A DNA stretch of 63,812 bases, filler included, from Lama guanicoe (GCA_013239625.1; 201 parts of 201 records of this genome joined end to end with filler, not necessarily neighbours in it); one strand, 5' to 3'; positions 1 through 12,301 are shown, counted from the whole stretch's first letter. Notes: generated by a model from the letters alone, not told the origin. Numbers and translations are program-made.

Positions 1-218
1 TACGGTAGAGAAGGGGTCAGCTTCCTGGGCTGGTGGTTGCAGACTCTGCGTCAGGGTTCTGTCTTGCTATGTGGTCTGGCCACTGTCCATTGGTACATTC
101 AGTCCTGGACAGTTTGCCATGAGTTCTTCCTCCACAGAACTCATTTCATGGGCCGTCAGCGGTCTCCCTACTGTCTCGCCAGGCTGCCCTCACACACACT
201 TCCAGCTGGCAGAGCCAC

Positions 219-318
219 NNNNNNNNNNNNNNNNNNNNNNNNNNNNNNNNNNNNNNNNNNNNTTAATTAATTAANNNNNNNNNNNNNNNNNNNNNNNNNN
301 NNNNNNNNNNNNNNNNNN
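219..318. other. Synthetic linker N44-TTAATTAATTAA-N44 (first of 200 copies), six-frame stop spacer
   Basis: TTAATTAATTAA at 263-274 is self-complementary, with TAA at offsets 2, 6 and 10 (all three frames on both strands). It is flanked by 44 N on each side and recurs after every insert. Confidence 0.99.
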
Positions 319-744
319 CCGCCTGTGGTGCAGACAGCATTGCGGTGAAGTCAGGAGGACAGAAAAGGCAGATGAGCTCATGACAGCAGAGAAAACAGGA
401 TGCCTTAGCCCGTCTGATCTGTTCTCTCCCGGATGGAGGCTGGTGGCGGGACAGGCAGCCCACCTCCCTGACCGTCCACCCGGGCATGGGCACTGGCAGG
501 GGGGCAGGGGCCGCCCAGCTGCTCCGAAGGAAACGANNNNNNNNNNNNNNNNNNNNNNNNNNNNNNNNNNNNNNNNNNNNTTAATTAATTAANNNNNNNN
601 NNNNNNNNNNNNNNNNNNNNNNNNNNNNNNNNNNNNAGTTAAGAATTAGAAAACTTAGTAAAGACATTATTTTAATGTGAGCTTTCCTTCCAGTTTCCCT
701 CATTGTGTAGAGACTTGTTCATCCTAAACTAAATTCTATGCAAT

Positions 745-854
745 AATGATAGTAACTAAGGTGGTTTAAATGTTTTACAAATGTTTTCCTTTAATTCTCA
801 CAAAACCCTTGGAGGTAGGCATACTGTTATCATTTCCATTTTACAGATGAGTAA
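745..854 (-). mobile_element. MIR SINE fragment
   Basis: ttaattctcacaaaaccct..gaggtagg..ccattttacagatgag is the reverse complement of the MIR core. Confidence 0.8.
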
Positions 855-954
855 NNNNNNNNNNNNNNNNNNNNNNNNNNNNNNNNNNNNNNNNNNNNTT
901 AATTAATTAANNNNNNNNNNNNNNNNNNNNNNNNNNNNNNNNNNNNNNNNNNNN

Positions 955-1490
955 TGATATTTCCCATTGCCTACTGAATGCCTGTGAAAGTGCCTGCTCT
1001 GGGATAGATACTCAAAAGATACACAATAAAAGAAAAACAGAGATAGTACATTAATACATCCCACAGACAGCCTACTTCAAATTACAGATGGCTTAGGTAA
1101 GGTCTCAAACAATAAACTGAATAATGCAAAGATGTGTTTGCACACAGACCCCTAAACATCTGGCATTCTGTANNNNNNNNNNNNNNNNNNNNNNNNNNNN
1201 NNNNNNNNNNNNNNNNTTAATTAATTAANNNNNNNNNNNNNNNNNNNNNNNNNNNNNNNNNNNNNNNNNNNNTGATATTTCCCATTGCCTACTGAATGCC
1301 TGTGAAAGTGCCTGCTCTGGGGTAGATATTCAAAAGATACACAATAAAAGAAAAACAGAGAAAGTACATTAATACATCCCACAGACGGCCTACTTCAAAT
1401 TACAGATGGCTTAGGTAAGGTCTCAAACAACAAACTGAATCATGCAAAGATGTGTTTGCACACAGACCCCTAAACATCTGGCATTCTGTA
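955..1490 (+). repeat. Bubble pair 1: 955-1172 vs 1273-1490
   Basis: Co-terminal, 6 substitutions. First (1004) and last (1123) differences each leave 49 identical bases at the ends. Confidence 0.97.
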
Positions 1491-2294
1491 NNNNNNNNNN
1501 NNNNNNNNNNNNNNNNNNNNNNNNNNNNNNNNNNTTAATTAATTAANNNNNNNNNNNNNNNNNNNNNNNNNNNNNNNNNNNNNNNNNNNNTGTGTGTGTG
1601 TGTGTGCGCATGCACATGTGCACGTGCTGCTGTTGAGAGGAAACCTTTCTAAAGTTGCCCCAGGTGAGGGGGGACCAGAAAGTCAGGGCTCGGGTGGGGA
1701 GCAGGGGCAGCAGGTGGTGGAGGGTGCTCTCATGTCCTGAAATCACTGGCACTACTCCAGGAGAACTGGGCCTCACCGACACCCGCCCTGGGTGGCCCCT
1801 GACAGCTCNNNNNNNNNNNNNNNNNNNNNNNNNNNNNNNNNNNNNNNNNNNNTTAATTAATTAANNNNNNNNNNNNNNNNNNNNNNNNNNNNNNNNNNNN
1901 NNNNNNNNGTTGTCAATGATTTGAGAGACTTCTAAGTTTTTTTTTTTAATAACAAGACCATGTCTTCTAATTTTAATGAATGAAGGACGTAATAGATGGA
2001 GGAAAATCAGAGTGTCAGCTTCTGTAACCTTGGACCGCATAGATCTTATGGCCTGGAACAGTTTATCTGTCATTGCCCTCACCTACTAATGAATAAAAAA
2101 GATAAAAAAATACTTTTTCTGAAAACNNNNNNNNNNNNNNNNNNNNNNNNNNNNNNNNNNNNNNNNNNNNTTAATTAATTAANNNNNNNNNNNNNNNNNN
2201 NNNNNNNNNNNNNNNNNNNNNNNNNNACAACATGTGACTCTTTCAGTCACTGATTAACGCAATGCTGTGGGCTTCTCCCTCGCCATTCTTCTAG

Positions 2295-2300
2295 GAGAAG
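2295..2300 (+). other. Candidate 6-nt microexon GAGAAG
   Basis: cttctccctcgccattcttctag|GAGAAG|gtaaga: pyrimidine tract with TAG acceptor, then a strong AAG|GTAAGA donor. Confidence 0.4.
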
Positions 2301-3498
2301 GTAAGATGAAGTCTGCGCACTCGACCCCAGGAAGCACAGAAACTGCCCTGCGATTAATCGCTAGCCTCTTGCCCACATCACTGAGCGCTCACTGTTCTCG
2401 GCAATTACGTACCCTCTTCCACTGTTGAATCCAGCTGGGTGACTNNNNNNNNNNNNNNNNNNNNNNNNNNNNNNNNNNNNNNNNNNNNTTAATTAATTAA
2501 NNNNNNNNNNNNNNNNNNNNNNNNNNNNNNNNNNNNNNNNNNNNGATGCCTCTATAAGCAGGCAACTGCAGAAAACACAGTCACAACATATTACGAAAAA
2601 GGTTTACATGTAATAGACTTCTTATATAATCATCAATAAACACTATCTGAACACCTTGCATTCATAAAGAATACTCTATTTTATCTATGAAACTACTTGA
2701 AATAACTGCTCATCAATGTTTGGGTAAAATAAAAATAGGTCAGAAAACTACTCTGTAGGACANNNNNNNNNNNNNNNNNNNNNNNNNNNNNNNNNNNNNN
2801 NNNNNNTTAATTAATTAANNNNNNNNNNNNNNNNNNNNNNNNNNNNNNNNNNNNNNNNNNNNCATCTGGAATGATCTTGTTCTTGTTCTTATATGATGAG
2901 GCCAAAGCCCCTGATGCATCCATGCGTCTCTGTCCGCAAGGCTGGGAGGGGCTTGGTCAAGAGGACCCCTTCAGATATGAGTGCTCCCTGCGCACCACCA
3001 TGAGTCAGCTCCTCTCTGAGGGGCCCTCACCCCTTAGAGGTTCCTAGGACCCCGAGTCAGCTAGCCACCCACGCTGCCCTNNNNNNNNNNNNNNNNNNNN
3101 NNNNNNNNNNNNNNNNNNNNNNNNTTAATTAATTAANNNNNNNNNNNNNNNNNNNNNNNNNNNNNNNNNNNNNNNNNNNNAATTTACATGTATTACACAT
3201 ATCCATTCAATAGTCCTTAACCAAGGGTTATATCAGAATCTCAGGGAAGTATTTCTAAATACCTGTGTCTTGACCTGAGTACATTTACTCAATCCAAATC
3301 TTCAGGGAAGAACCAGGAGAAAAAGCAGGAGGACCAGCTTCGCCATCATTTGCTCCCCACCTACAGCCACAGCCCCGCAGGGGAGCTACACCAGGTTGNN
3401 NNNNNNNNNNNNNNNNNNNNNNNNNNNNNNNNNNNNNNNNNNTTAATTAATTAANNNNNNNNNNNNNNNNNNNNNNNNNNNNNNNNNNNNNNNNNNNN

Positions 3499-3716
3499 AC
3501 AGAGCGTGGGCCCGGCAGGGGCTATAGGCACCTGCTGCTTCCATCTGTGTCGCACAGGGTGGGTTGGTGGAGGCCTACCCACCCCCTCACCAGGACTGAA
3601 GAAGCAAGAGGTCACAAAGGCTGTCCTCAGAGAGGTCGCTCCTCGGTTTGGAGTGCCTGCCTCCATCGGGTCCAGCAACGGACCCGCCTTCGTGGTGGAG
3701 GTTGTGCAACAAGTGG
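3499..3716 (+). mobile_element. Degenerate class I (gamma-like) ERV pol integrase core
   Basis: Across frameshifts reads GYRHLL..TGW..VEAYP..TRTEEAR/EVTKAVLREVAPRFGVPASIGSSNGPAFVVEVVQQV. This matches the gammaretroviral IN pattern IPRFG.P..IGSDNGPAF. Confidence 0.92.
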
Positions 3717-3908
3717 NNNNNNNNNNNNNNNNNNNNNNNNNNNNNNNNNNNNNNNNNNNNTTAATTAATTAANNNNNNNNNNNNNNNNNNNNNNNNNNNN
3801 NNNNNNNNNNNNNNNNTAGCTAATCAAAATCACCTCCCCCCCCCACAAAAAAATATGGGAAGCAGGATAAAACTTCAATGTAACACTCCAAATTAACCTG
3901 GGATATCC

Positions 3909-4034
3909 AGACTTCTGGTACTGGACACGGTGCAATTCCTAGGGCTGGATTTACTCTATGACCTGAAAAACTGAGAGAACCAGACAAAATCACAGAACAA
4001 GTTTTCTTTTCAGACTGTAGACAGCAGACGACAC
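3909..4034 (+). mobile_element. Old L1 (L1M-type) 5' end fragment
   Basis: gacttctgg...aaccagacaaaat..gaacaa..gtttt..cagact.tagacagcag resembles ancient L1M 5'UTR starts. Confidence 0.45.
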
Positions 4035-4515
4035 NNNNNNNNNNNNNNNNNNNNNNNNNNNNNNNNNNNNNNNNNNNNTTAATTAATTAANNNNNNNNNN
4101 NNNNNNNNNNNNNNNNNNNNNNNNNNNNNNNNNNAGGTGTGTAGGGATTTGAGTATCTTAAAAAGTAAACATGAAAGAGTTCAGATGGTAAAATATAACC
4201 AAGAGCATTTGTCCCTTGATGCTCTAAAATGATAGAGAGTCTGAGAAACTCTGAAGAGCTTTACAGTGTTCCCACAACTCTCTGCTCTCACTGGATCATC
4301 TTATCTCCACGGAGAAAGACATTCACTCTTAATTTTAGTCAGTCTAAGAAACNNNNNNNNNNNNNNNNNNNNNNNNNNNNNNNNNNNNNNNNNNNNTTAA
4401 TTAATTAANNNNNNNNNNNNNNNNNNNNNNNNNNNNNNNNNNNNNNNNNNNNGCAGCTGAGAATTGCCCCCTAGGACACAATTCCTAACTCCTAACTTTA
4501 GGCACATCTGCTTAC

Positions 4516-4593
4516 GTTGGCATCTCCCAATGTAGAAAGTCCAACTGCGTCCACAGAGATCCGCCGTCAGGAAATAAATGAAATGGCTTATCA
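4516..4593 (-). other. Candidate 78-nt internal exon, gene unidentified
   Basis: Minus strand ctctctctcgttgccaataacag|TGATAAG...ATGCCAAC|gtaagc. Length divisible by 3; open as DKPFHLFPDGGSLWTQLDFLHWEMP or ISHFIYFLTADLCGRSWTFYIGRCQ. Confidence 0.3.
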
Positions 4594-4770
4594 CTGTTAT
4601 TGGCAACGAGAGAGAGAATCGGACAGACTCGTTTACATTGAGTGGAAGTCACACATCCACATGTTACAGTNNNNNNNNNNNNNNNNNNNNNNNNNNNNNN
4701 NNNNNNNNNNNNNNTTAATTAATTAANNNNNNNNNNNNNNNNNNNNNNNNNNNNNNNNNNNNNNNNNNNN

Positions 4771-4987
4771 ATCAAGATGGCCAGAGACAAGGATAAAGAA
4801 ATGATCCTAAAGGCAGCAAAGAGAAAAACAAAGAGTGAGTTACAAGGGAATCCCCATAATGCTCTCAGCTGATTGCTCTACACAAACACTACACAGGCCA
4901 TAAGGGAGTGGCAAGATATATTCAAAGTCCTGAATGAGAAAAAGATACAGCCTAGGATACTCTATCCAGCAAGGCTATCCTTTAGAA
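4771..4987 (+). mobile_element. LINE-1 ORF1 C-terminal region (frameshifted)
   Basis: IKMARDKDKEMILKAA/EKQRVSYKGIPIMLSADCSTQTL/QAIREWQDIFKVLNEKKIQPRILYPARLSFR matches the L1 ORF1p CTD. Confidence 0.95.
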
Positions 4988-5405
4988 NNNNNNNNNNNNN
5001 NNNNNNNNNNNNNNNNNNNNNNNNNNNNNNNTTAATTAATTAANNNNNNNNNNNNNNNNNNNNNNNNNNNNNNNNNNNNNNNNNNNNTCAGAGCAGCTTG
5101 TCCTGAATCTGAGAAGGTGCTAACTGAATTCTGAGCTACCATTCTGTGCTACTTACACATGTGGAAGATAAGATGAGGGCATAAAGGTGGAGAAATGGGT
5201 TCAGTCCTTCTCTGCCCCCAACGATTTACTCTTTCCAAAGTGGAGGAGCTCCTGAATTCACTGTAGCCAAAGGGCAAGAAAAACATATGTCCCAAGACAA
5301 TAATCNNNNNNNNNNNNNNNNNNNNNNNNNNNNNNNNNNNNNNNNNNNNTTAATTAATTAANNNNNNNNNNNNNNNNNNNNNNNNNNNNNNNNNNNNNNN
5401 NNNNN

Positions 5406-5941
5406 CTTAATTTTTGCCTTTCATTGCAATGTATCAGCTGTGTTTTCAGCTTGCGAGCTCAGGATGATCTCCCAATTGCTGGATCTGCTCAATGTAATTT
5501 TAAGTTGTGAATCAATAGTTTACTGCTGTACCCGAGACCAAAAGCTGTATCTCACATGATCCAAACACACATACATATACAAGGGCCAGGAACCAATGGA
5601 AATTTGAAAACAGAGTAAGATAANNNNNNNNNNNNNNNNNNNNNNNNNNNNNNNNNNNNNNNNNNNNTTAATTAATTAANNNNNNNNNNNNNNNNNNNNN
5701 NNNNNNNNNNNNNNNNNNNNNNNCTTAATTTTTGCCTTTCATTGCAATGTATCAGCTGTGTTTTCAGCTTGCCAGCTCAGGATGATCTCCCAATTGCTGG
5801 ATCTGCTCGATGTAATTTTAAGTTGTGAATCAATAGTTTACTGCTGTACCCAAGACCAAAAGCTGTATCTCACATGATCCAAACACACATATATATACAA
5901 GGGCCAGGAACCAATGGAAATTTGAAAACAGAGTAAGATAA
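5406..5941 (+). repeat. Bubble pair 2: 5406-5623 vs 5724-5941
   Basis: Co-terminal, 4 substitutions. First at 5455, last at 5574; 49-bp identical flanks. Confidence 0.97.
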
Positions 5942-6677
5942 NNNNNNNNNNNNNNNNNNNNNNNNNNNNNNNNNNNNNNNNNNNNTTAATTAATTAANNN
6001 NNNNNNNNNNNNNNNNNNNNNNNNNNNNNNNNNNNNNNNNNATGTATCCCCCAAGGCCAAGCCACAGGCCAAGAATGTTCTGTGTGCTCTACAGCTGTAG
6101 GTTGAACTAAACTGATTGGGGCTGAAGGGAATGAACTACTGTGGAAAGTCGGGGAGACACCCCCGAGGACCCAGATTGTAGGCGAAAATAAAACAGAAAC
6201 CCTAGGTTTTCTGGCCAAGTCCACTTGATTCACATGATAAAAATACTGGGTCAAACCCCNNNNNNNNNNNNNNNNNNNNNNNNNNNNNNNNNNNNNNNNN
6301 NNNTTAATTAATTAANNNNNNNNNNNNNNNNNNNNNNNNNNNNNNNNNNNNNNNNNNNNTGTTCAGGAATTTGTACTTCTACTGTGCAGTTTCCCTTAGA
6401 TACACCTGTTACTTTTTGGCATTACGTAGTTTAGGTTCTCATTCCTTCTTGTTTTTACGAAAATAACTTCCTGAGTTGTGTCTCTGCTTCCTACTTCTCT
6501 TGCTCCAGGGCACTCACTCTGTATGCTACTGTAGAAACCTATATGGTCTAGTAGAAATACATGACAGCGTATTTCTCNNNNNNNNNNNNNNNNNNNNNNN
6601 NNNNNNNNNNNNNNNNNNNNNTTAATTAATTAANNNNNNNNNNNNNNNNNNNNNNNNNNNNNNNNNNNNNNNNNNNN

Positions 6678-7531
6678 AAGCCAGCAAAATGCTCAGCGGA
6701 GTAAGTGGTTGTTTGTCAGCAACTGTAGATGTTGTGTGACTCCGTGCAGTGATCATGAGCGCACCTGCTTCCTTAGGCGAGTCTGGGCATCACTCCTCCC
6801 TCGATGACTAACTCAGTGAAAAGTAGCAGTCTGCTTGCTTATTTGAATCCCACCCAGGCTGTCGCTTTACAAACGGGGTTCTCGCTAGCTCTTTANNNNN
6901 NNNNNNNNNNNNNNNNNNNNNNNNNNNNNNNNNNNNNNNTTAATTAATTAANNNNNNNNNNNNNNNNNNNNNNNNNNNNNNNNNNNNNNNNNNNNTCCAA
7001 GCGTAACTGCTGAGGGAGCGGAGGACTGAGAGAGAGGGGAGACAAATGAAGGCGAAACTCATCTTCATGACTGTGGTTTGGGCCACATAAATTTTTGAAA
7101 TTTCTACGTATGTCTTTTCTTCTTTCAGTTCAAGGATCTCCATCATACTTATTCTCAACAGAACCATGAAGCAAACACATATTTCTTTAATTGTAAAATA
7201 ATATGAAATCTGANNNNNNNNNNNNNNNNNNNNNNNNNNNNNNNNNNNNNNNNNNNNTTAATTAATTAANNNNNNNNNNNNNNNNNNNNNNNNNNNNNNN
7301 NNNNNNNNNNNNNAAGCCAGCAAAATGCTCAGCGGAGTAAGTGGTTGTTTGTCAGCAACTGTCGATGTTGTGTGACTCCGTGCAGTGATCACGAGCGCAC
7401 CTGCTTCCTTAGGCGAGTCTGGGCATCACTCCGCCCTCGGTGACTAACTCAGTGAAAAGTAGCAGTCTGCTTGCTTATCTGGATCCCACCCAGGCTGTCG
7501 CTTTACAAACGGGGTTCTCGCTAGCTCTTTA
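6678..7531 (+). repeat. Bubble pair 3: 6678-6895 vs 7314-7531
   Basis: Co-terminal, 6 substitutions. First at 6727, last at 6846; 49-bp identical flanks. Confidence 0.97.
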
Positions 7532-7659
7532 NNNNNNNNNNNNNNNNNNNNNNNNNNNNNNNNNNNNNNNNNNNNTTAATTAATTAANNNNNNNNNNNNN
7601 NNNNNNNNNNNNNNNNNNNNNNNNNNNNNNNGACATGGTAGTCAGAGAACCCAACCTGA

Positions 7660-7810
7660 GTAATACTAATTATTATTTATTTGTTGAGATTTGTTTTGTG
7701 GCTTAGGACATGGTTAATATTTGTAAATGTTTCACGTGTGTTTGATTAGAATGTGAGTCTCTAAATGTTGTGTGGAAGGTCTTACTTGTGCTAATTAGGC
7801 TAAGGTCAAT
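7660..7810 (-). mobile_element. Old L1 ORF2 (endonuclease region) fragment
   Basis: tttgttgagatttgttttgtggc.tag.acatggt.aatatttgtaaatgtt.cacgtgtg.ttga..agaatgtg is typical antisense L1M ORF2. Confidence 0.75.
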
Positions 7811-9592
7811 TAATTCAAATAAATATGCAAATAATCCTTTTCATTAATANNNNNNNNNNNNNNNNNNNNNNNNNNNNNNNNNNNNNNNNNNNNTTAATTA
7901 ATTAANNNNNNNNNNNNNNNNNNNNNNNNNNNNNNNNNNNNNNNNNNNNAAAACAGGTCACACTAAGAAAGCAGATAGGTGATCGCAATTCAGTAGAGAA
8001 AACGGTCCAAAAGAAAACAGGCCGAACTGGTAACAGTGGTGATCTCTATGTAGAAGGATTATGGGTGACATTTTATATTCTTTTCACAGTATTCAGAGTT
8101 TTCCAAAGTATCTGCACGTTAATATGTATTACTGCGTATGAATTTGCGTCTCTAATATATAGATTACNNNNNNNNNNNNNNNNNNNNNNNNNNNNNNNNN
8201 NNNNNNNNNNNTTAATTAATTAANNNNNNNNNNNNNNNNNNNNNNNNNNNNNNNNNNNNNNNNNNNNGGCATAGCAGCCAGCAGGGAGGCCTCTGTGACT
8301 GGAGACAGGACAGAGGGGCAGCAGATGAGCGAAGAAGTGCCAGTGCCACAGAATGAAGGGGGGCTTGTCTGCAGTGACTTGGCAAAGGGTTCTGTGCTTT
8401 TTGGTCATCTGCCTTTTGGACACTTTCACAGCCTAATTTTGCTTTTGAGGGGAGACAGAGGTTAGGTTTATTTATTTATTTTATTNNNNNNNNNNNNNNN
8501 NNNNNNNNNNNNNNNNNNNNNNNNNNNNNTTAATTAATTAANNNNNNNNNNNNNNNNNNNNNNNNNNNNNNNNNNNNNNNNNNNNCTTCGGTTTACTTAA
8601 GATGGCTTATTGCCTTATGGAGAAAATACAAAATTAAGATTAAGTATTATAAGGATCTCAGCTTAACATCCAAGCTATAGTACAAGAGATAGTATTATTA
8701 AATATAACTGTATGATTGAGAATCGTCTATAGCACTGTGATTCGTGTTATATTATATTTCGGAGTTACAAGCTTAAAATAAGAAGCCACCTTATTCAGCT
8801 CTTNNNNNNNNNNNNNNNNNNNNNNNNNNNNNNNNNNNNNNNNNNNNTTAATTAATTAANNNNNNNNNNNNNNNNNNNNNNNNNNNNNNNNNNNNNNNNN
8901 NNNGACATTCATACTATGGTGTAAATGACTAACTCAAGCAGGTTTCAGTGGTGGCGGGGAGGGGTAAAGAGTGACAGAGGCCAATGGGAACTGGAGAGTG
9001 GCATCGAAAAGAAGGCAAGACATCTGAAACGGATGTCTGTCTTCTCCCAGTTAGGCTGTTGCCAGGGGTGTCGGTCATTCTCTTCCTGGTCTCTGGGAAA
9101 GCTGGTGCTTGCAGGGACCCCNNNNNNNNNNNNNNNNNNNNNNNNNNNNNNNNNNNNNNNNNNNNTTAATTAATTAANNNNNNNNNNNNNNNNNNNNNNN
9201 NNNNNNNNNNNNNNNNNNNNNCAGCATCGTGGTAGGGGGTCAAGGTAAGTGCCGTCCCCCTTTCCTGGGTCAACAGCAGGGGGTGGACACCTTGGTGAAG
9301 GGAGGGGTCCCTGGAGCTGTAGACCGAGTGTTCTTGACCAAGAAGGCACCACGCTGACTGTGCATATTAGTTCCTCTCCCGTGGAGGGTTGACTGGTCGT
9401 AGCAGCAGGTTATACAGAGAAATGAATTTGGTCTGGACTNNNNNNNNNNNNNNNNNNNNNNNNNNNNNNNNNNNNNNNNNNNNTTAATTAATTAANNNNN
9501 NNNNNNNNNNNNNNNNNNNNNNNNNNNNNNNNNNNNNNNGAATAGGAGCAATTTGGAAAATGATGGATCCCCTCTCCTCACCCATCCCAACT

Positions 9593-9757
9593 AGAGTTGC
9601 CAGATAAAACACAGGACACTCAGTTAAATTTTAATTTCAGATAAACAACAAGTCATTTGTAAGTATAAGCATGTCCCCAGTATTGCACAGGGTATACTTA
9701 TGCTAAAAGTATTACCCATTATTTATCTGAAGTTCAAACTCAGCTGGGTATCTTCTA
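9593..9757. mobile_element. MER53 palindromic MITE (hAT)
   Basis: agagttgccagataaaacacaggacactcagttaaatt..agtataagcatgtccc..tattgca..gggtatacttatgcta..tttatctgaagttcaaa; internal inverted symmetry. Confidence 0.9.
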
Positions 9758-9894
9758 NNNNNNNNNNNNNNNNNNNNNNNNNNNNNNNNNNNNNNNNNNN
9801 NTTAATTAATTAANNNNNNNNNNNNNNNNNNNNNNNNNNNNNNNNNNNNNNNNNNNNGCCAGCAACCCAGGAACCTGCAGTTGCTTCCGCATAA

Positions 9895-10055
9895 GATAAA
9901 GTCCAGCCTCTCTGGCATGACTTAAAGACCCTCGGCCCAATTTTCCAGGTTCAACCTCCCACACTCGCCTCCTGCTTTCCAGCCACACCAGCCACTTGCC
10001 ATGTTCTAAACACATCATGCTCTTTTCTTGCCTCTGTATCCTCTTCCTGGCCACC
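9895..10055 (+). mobile_element. L2 LINE 3' region fragment
   Basis: ataaagtccagcctc..tggcat..aagaccct...ccagccacacc..cc.cttgc..tgttct.aaaca.atcatgctc is L2 consensus-like. Confidence 0.75.
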
Positions 10056-10869
10056 CTCACCCCACTCTCCTCATCNNNNNNNNNNNNNNNNNNNNNNNNN
10101 NNNNNNNNNNNNNNNNNNNTTAATTAATTAANNNNNNNNNNNNNNNNNNNNNNNNNNNNNNNNNNNNNNNNNNNNGAGTAGGTAAACAGACAATCAATTA
10201 TGATTTTTCAAACTTCTAAAAGATGCCATTTTCCCATTTCTACTAGGTGATCTTATAAACTTCAAGGGCCTTCAAAGGCATAGAGAAATAATTCGTAAGT
10301 GCACTGTTGCTACCAGAAAAGAATAACCATCTAAAGATACATTTTTTCAAACACCTTAAAGTGTAGGGCCCCTGATTTATGCTCTGAAACTTANNNNNNN
10401 NNNNNNNNNNNNNNNNNNNNNNNNNNNNNNNNNNNNNTTAATTAATTAANNNNNNNNNNNNNNNNNNNNNNNNNNNNNNNNNNNNNNNNNNNNATCATGA
10501 AAGAAACTGGAATCCAGAAGTCTAAGGGAAAGGGATAATAATGATTACATAGGAATAGTGGGAGGAAATGTTGGGAAATTGGAGTGGAATGCAAATGAAT
10601 CCATGAATAAAAATCAAGAGCTGATTCTATAAGGCGTCTATGAGTGGGTCAAGCAGGAAGGTTGCAAGGGGACTCAGTGCATGGATCAGTTTGAATGTAA
10701 AGCTAAGCCAANNNNNNNNNNNNNNNNNNNNNNNNNNNNNNNNNNNNNNNNNNNNTTAATTAATTAANNNNNNNNNNNNNNNNNNNNNNNNNNNNNNNNN
10801 NNNNNNNNNNNTAAACAGGAGTGAAATAAAAAGACTAGAAACCAATGGAACAAAGAGTGGAAAGGAATA

Positions 10870-11029
10870 AAGAGCACAGATTTGACAGCTTTGATGAAAT
10901 GGACTAAATTCGTGAAAGAAACCAACTAGCAAAGCTCACTCAAGAAGAGATAGGTAACCTGAAAGTTGCTACAGTTATTGAAGAAATTAAATTCACAGTT
11001 AAAAATCTCCCAACAAGAAAAAAATCCAG
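10870..11029 (+). mobile_element. L1 ORF2 fragment (between EN and RT)
   Basis: FDSFDEMD*../LAKLTQEEIGNLK..IEEIKFTVKNLPTRKKS matches L1 NLDEMDKFL..LPKLTQEEI..EIE.V.KNLPTKK. Confidence 0.88.
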
Positions 11030-11129
11030 NNNNNNNNNNNNNNNNNNNNNNNNNNNNNNNNNNNNNNNNNNNNTTAATTAATTAANNNNNNNNNNNNNNN
11101 NNNNNNNNNNNNNNNNNNNNNNNNNNNNN

Positions 11130-11347
11130 ATGAGATTACACAACTCTGTGAATATACTAAAAGCCATTAAATTATATACTTTCAATGGGTGAATTGTATG
11201 GTATGTAAATTATATCTCAATAAAGCTGTTAACAAAAAAAGACTTACGAGACATACAAACCAAATATAATAATGTGGACCTTGTTTGGAACCTGATGTGA
11301 ACAAATTATTAAAAAGAAAACTGAATATGAACTGACTATTGGACTAT
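11130..11347 (+). mobile_element. L1MB-type 3' end with poly(A), followed by an older L1 3'UTR piece
   Basis: acaactctgtgaatatactaaaagccatt.aattatatacttt.aatgggtgaattgtatggtatgtaaattatatctcaataaagctgtt.a.aaaaaaa. Confidence 0.88.
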
Positions 11348-12083
11348 NNNNNNNNNNNNNNNNNNNNNNNNNNNNNNNNNNNNNNNNNNNNTTAATTAAT
11401 TAANNNNNNNNNNNNNNNNNNNNNNNNNNNNNNNNNNNNNNNNNNNNCTTGCCTGACACGTGTTATAATAAATTAATTACTCAGCTTATATTTAGTTGAG
11501 AGGATAATGATGGTACCTAAAAGCAATATGCATTTGGTTTATTTAATCATTTATTCATCCTTTCAGTAAATAATTGTTGAACTGCTGTCATATGCCCAGA
11601 GATGCTCTGTATAATAATGTCACGTCCAATATAAAAGGATGCAGAGCACTGCTGAGGTCCAAGCTNNNNNNNNNNNNNNNNNNNNNNNNNNNNNNNNNNN
11701 NNNNNNNNNTTAATTAATTAANNNNNNNNNNNNNNNNNNNNNNNNNNNNNNNNNNNNNNNNNNNNTGCTGCCCCTGCTGAATGTTCCTTTTGCTTCTGCA
11801 GCTCCACCATAGCTACCTCTACTGGACGGTCCATCACGCCTGCTGCCATGGTGGCCCCGGGCTCTTAGCTGAGAGCTCAAGGGGTGGAAATGCCATTCAG
11901 CCCCCCAGGCTACCCAGGCAGCGGCCACTCTCCGGAGGCTTCTCTGGGAAACCCGAGGGCCCCAACACGTTACCAGCTAAGAGNNNNNNNNNNNNNNNNN
12001 NNNNNNNNNNNNNNNNNNNNNNNNNNNTTAATTAATTAANNNNNNNNNNNNNNNNNNNNNNNNNNNNNNNNNNNNNNNNNNNN

Positions 12084-12301
12084 ACTCCTGGGCATATATC
12101 TGGAGGAAACTCTAACTTAAAAAGATACATGCACCTCTGTGTTCACAGCAGCACTATTTATAATACCCACGGCACGGAAGCAGCCTAGGTGTCCACCAAC
12201 AGATGGCTGGAGGATGAAGATGTACATATATACAGTGAACATTATTCAGCCGTAAAAAGGAATGGAGTATTGCCATTTGCAGCAACATGGACAGACCTAG
12301 A
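12084..12301 (+). mobile_element. L1 ORF2 3' end
   Basis: actcctgggcatatatc..aaagatacatgcacc..tgttcacagcagcactattta..aatggagtattgccatttgcagcaacatggacagacctaga. Confidence 0.93.

Noticed and set aside
263..274. TTAATTAATTAA as piggyBac TTAA target, PacI site, homeodomain site or terminator
   Set aside because: It is always isolated between exactly 44 N on each side, so it is synthetic.
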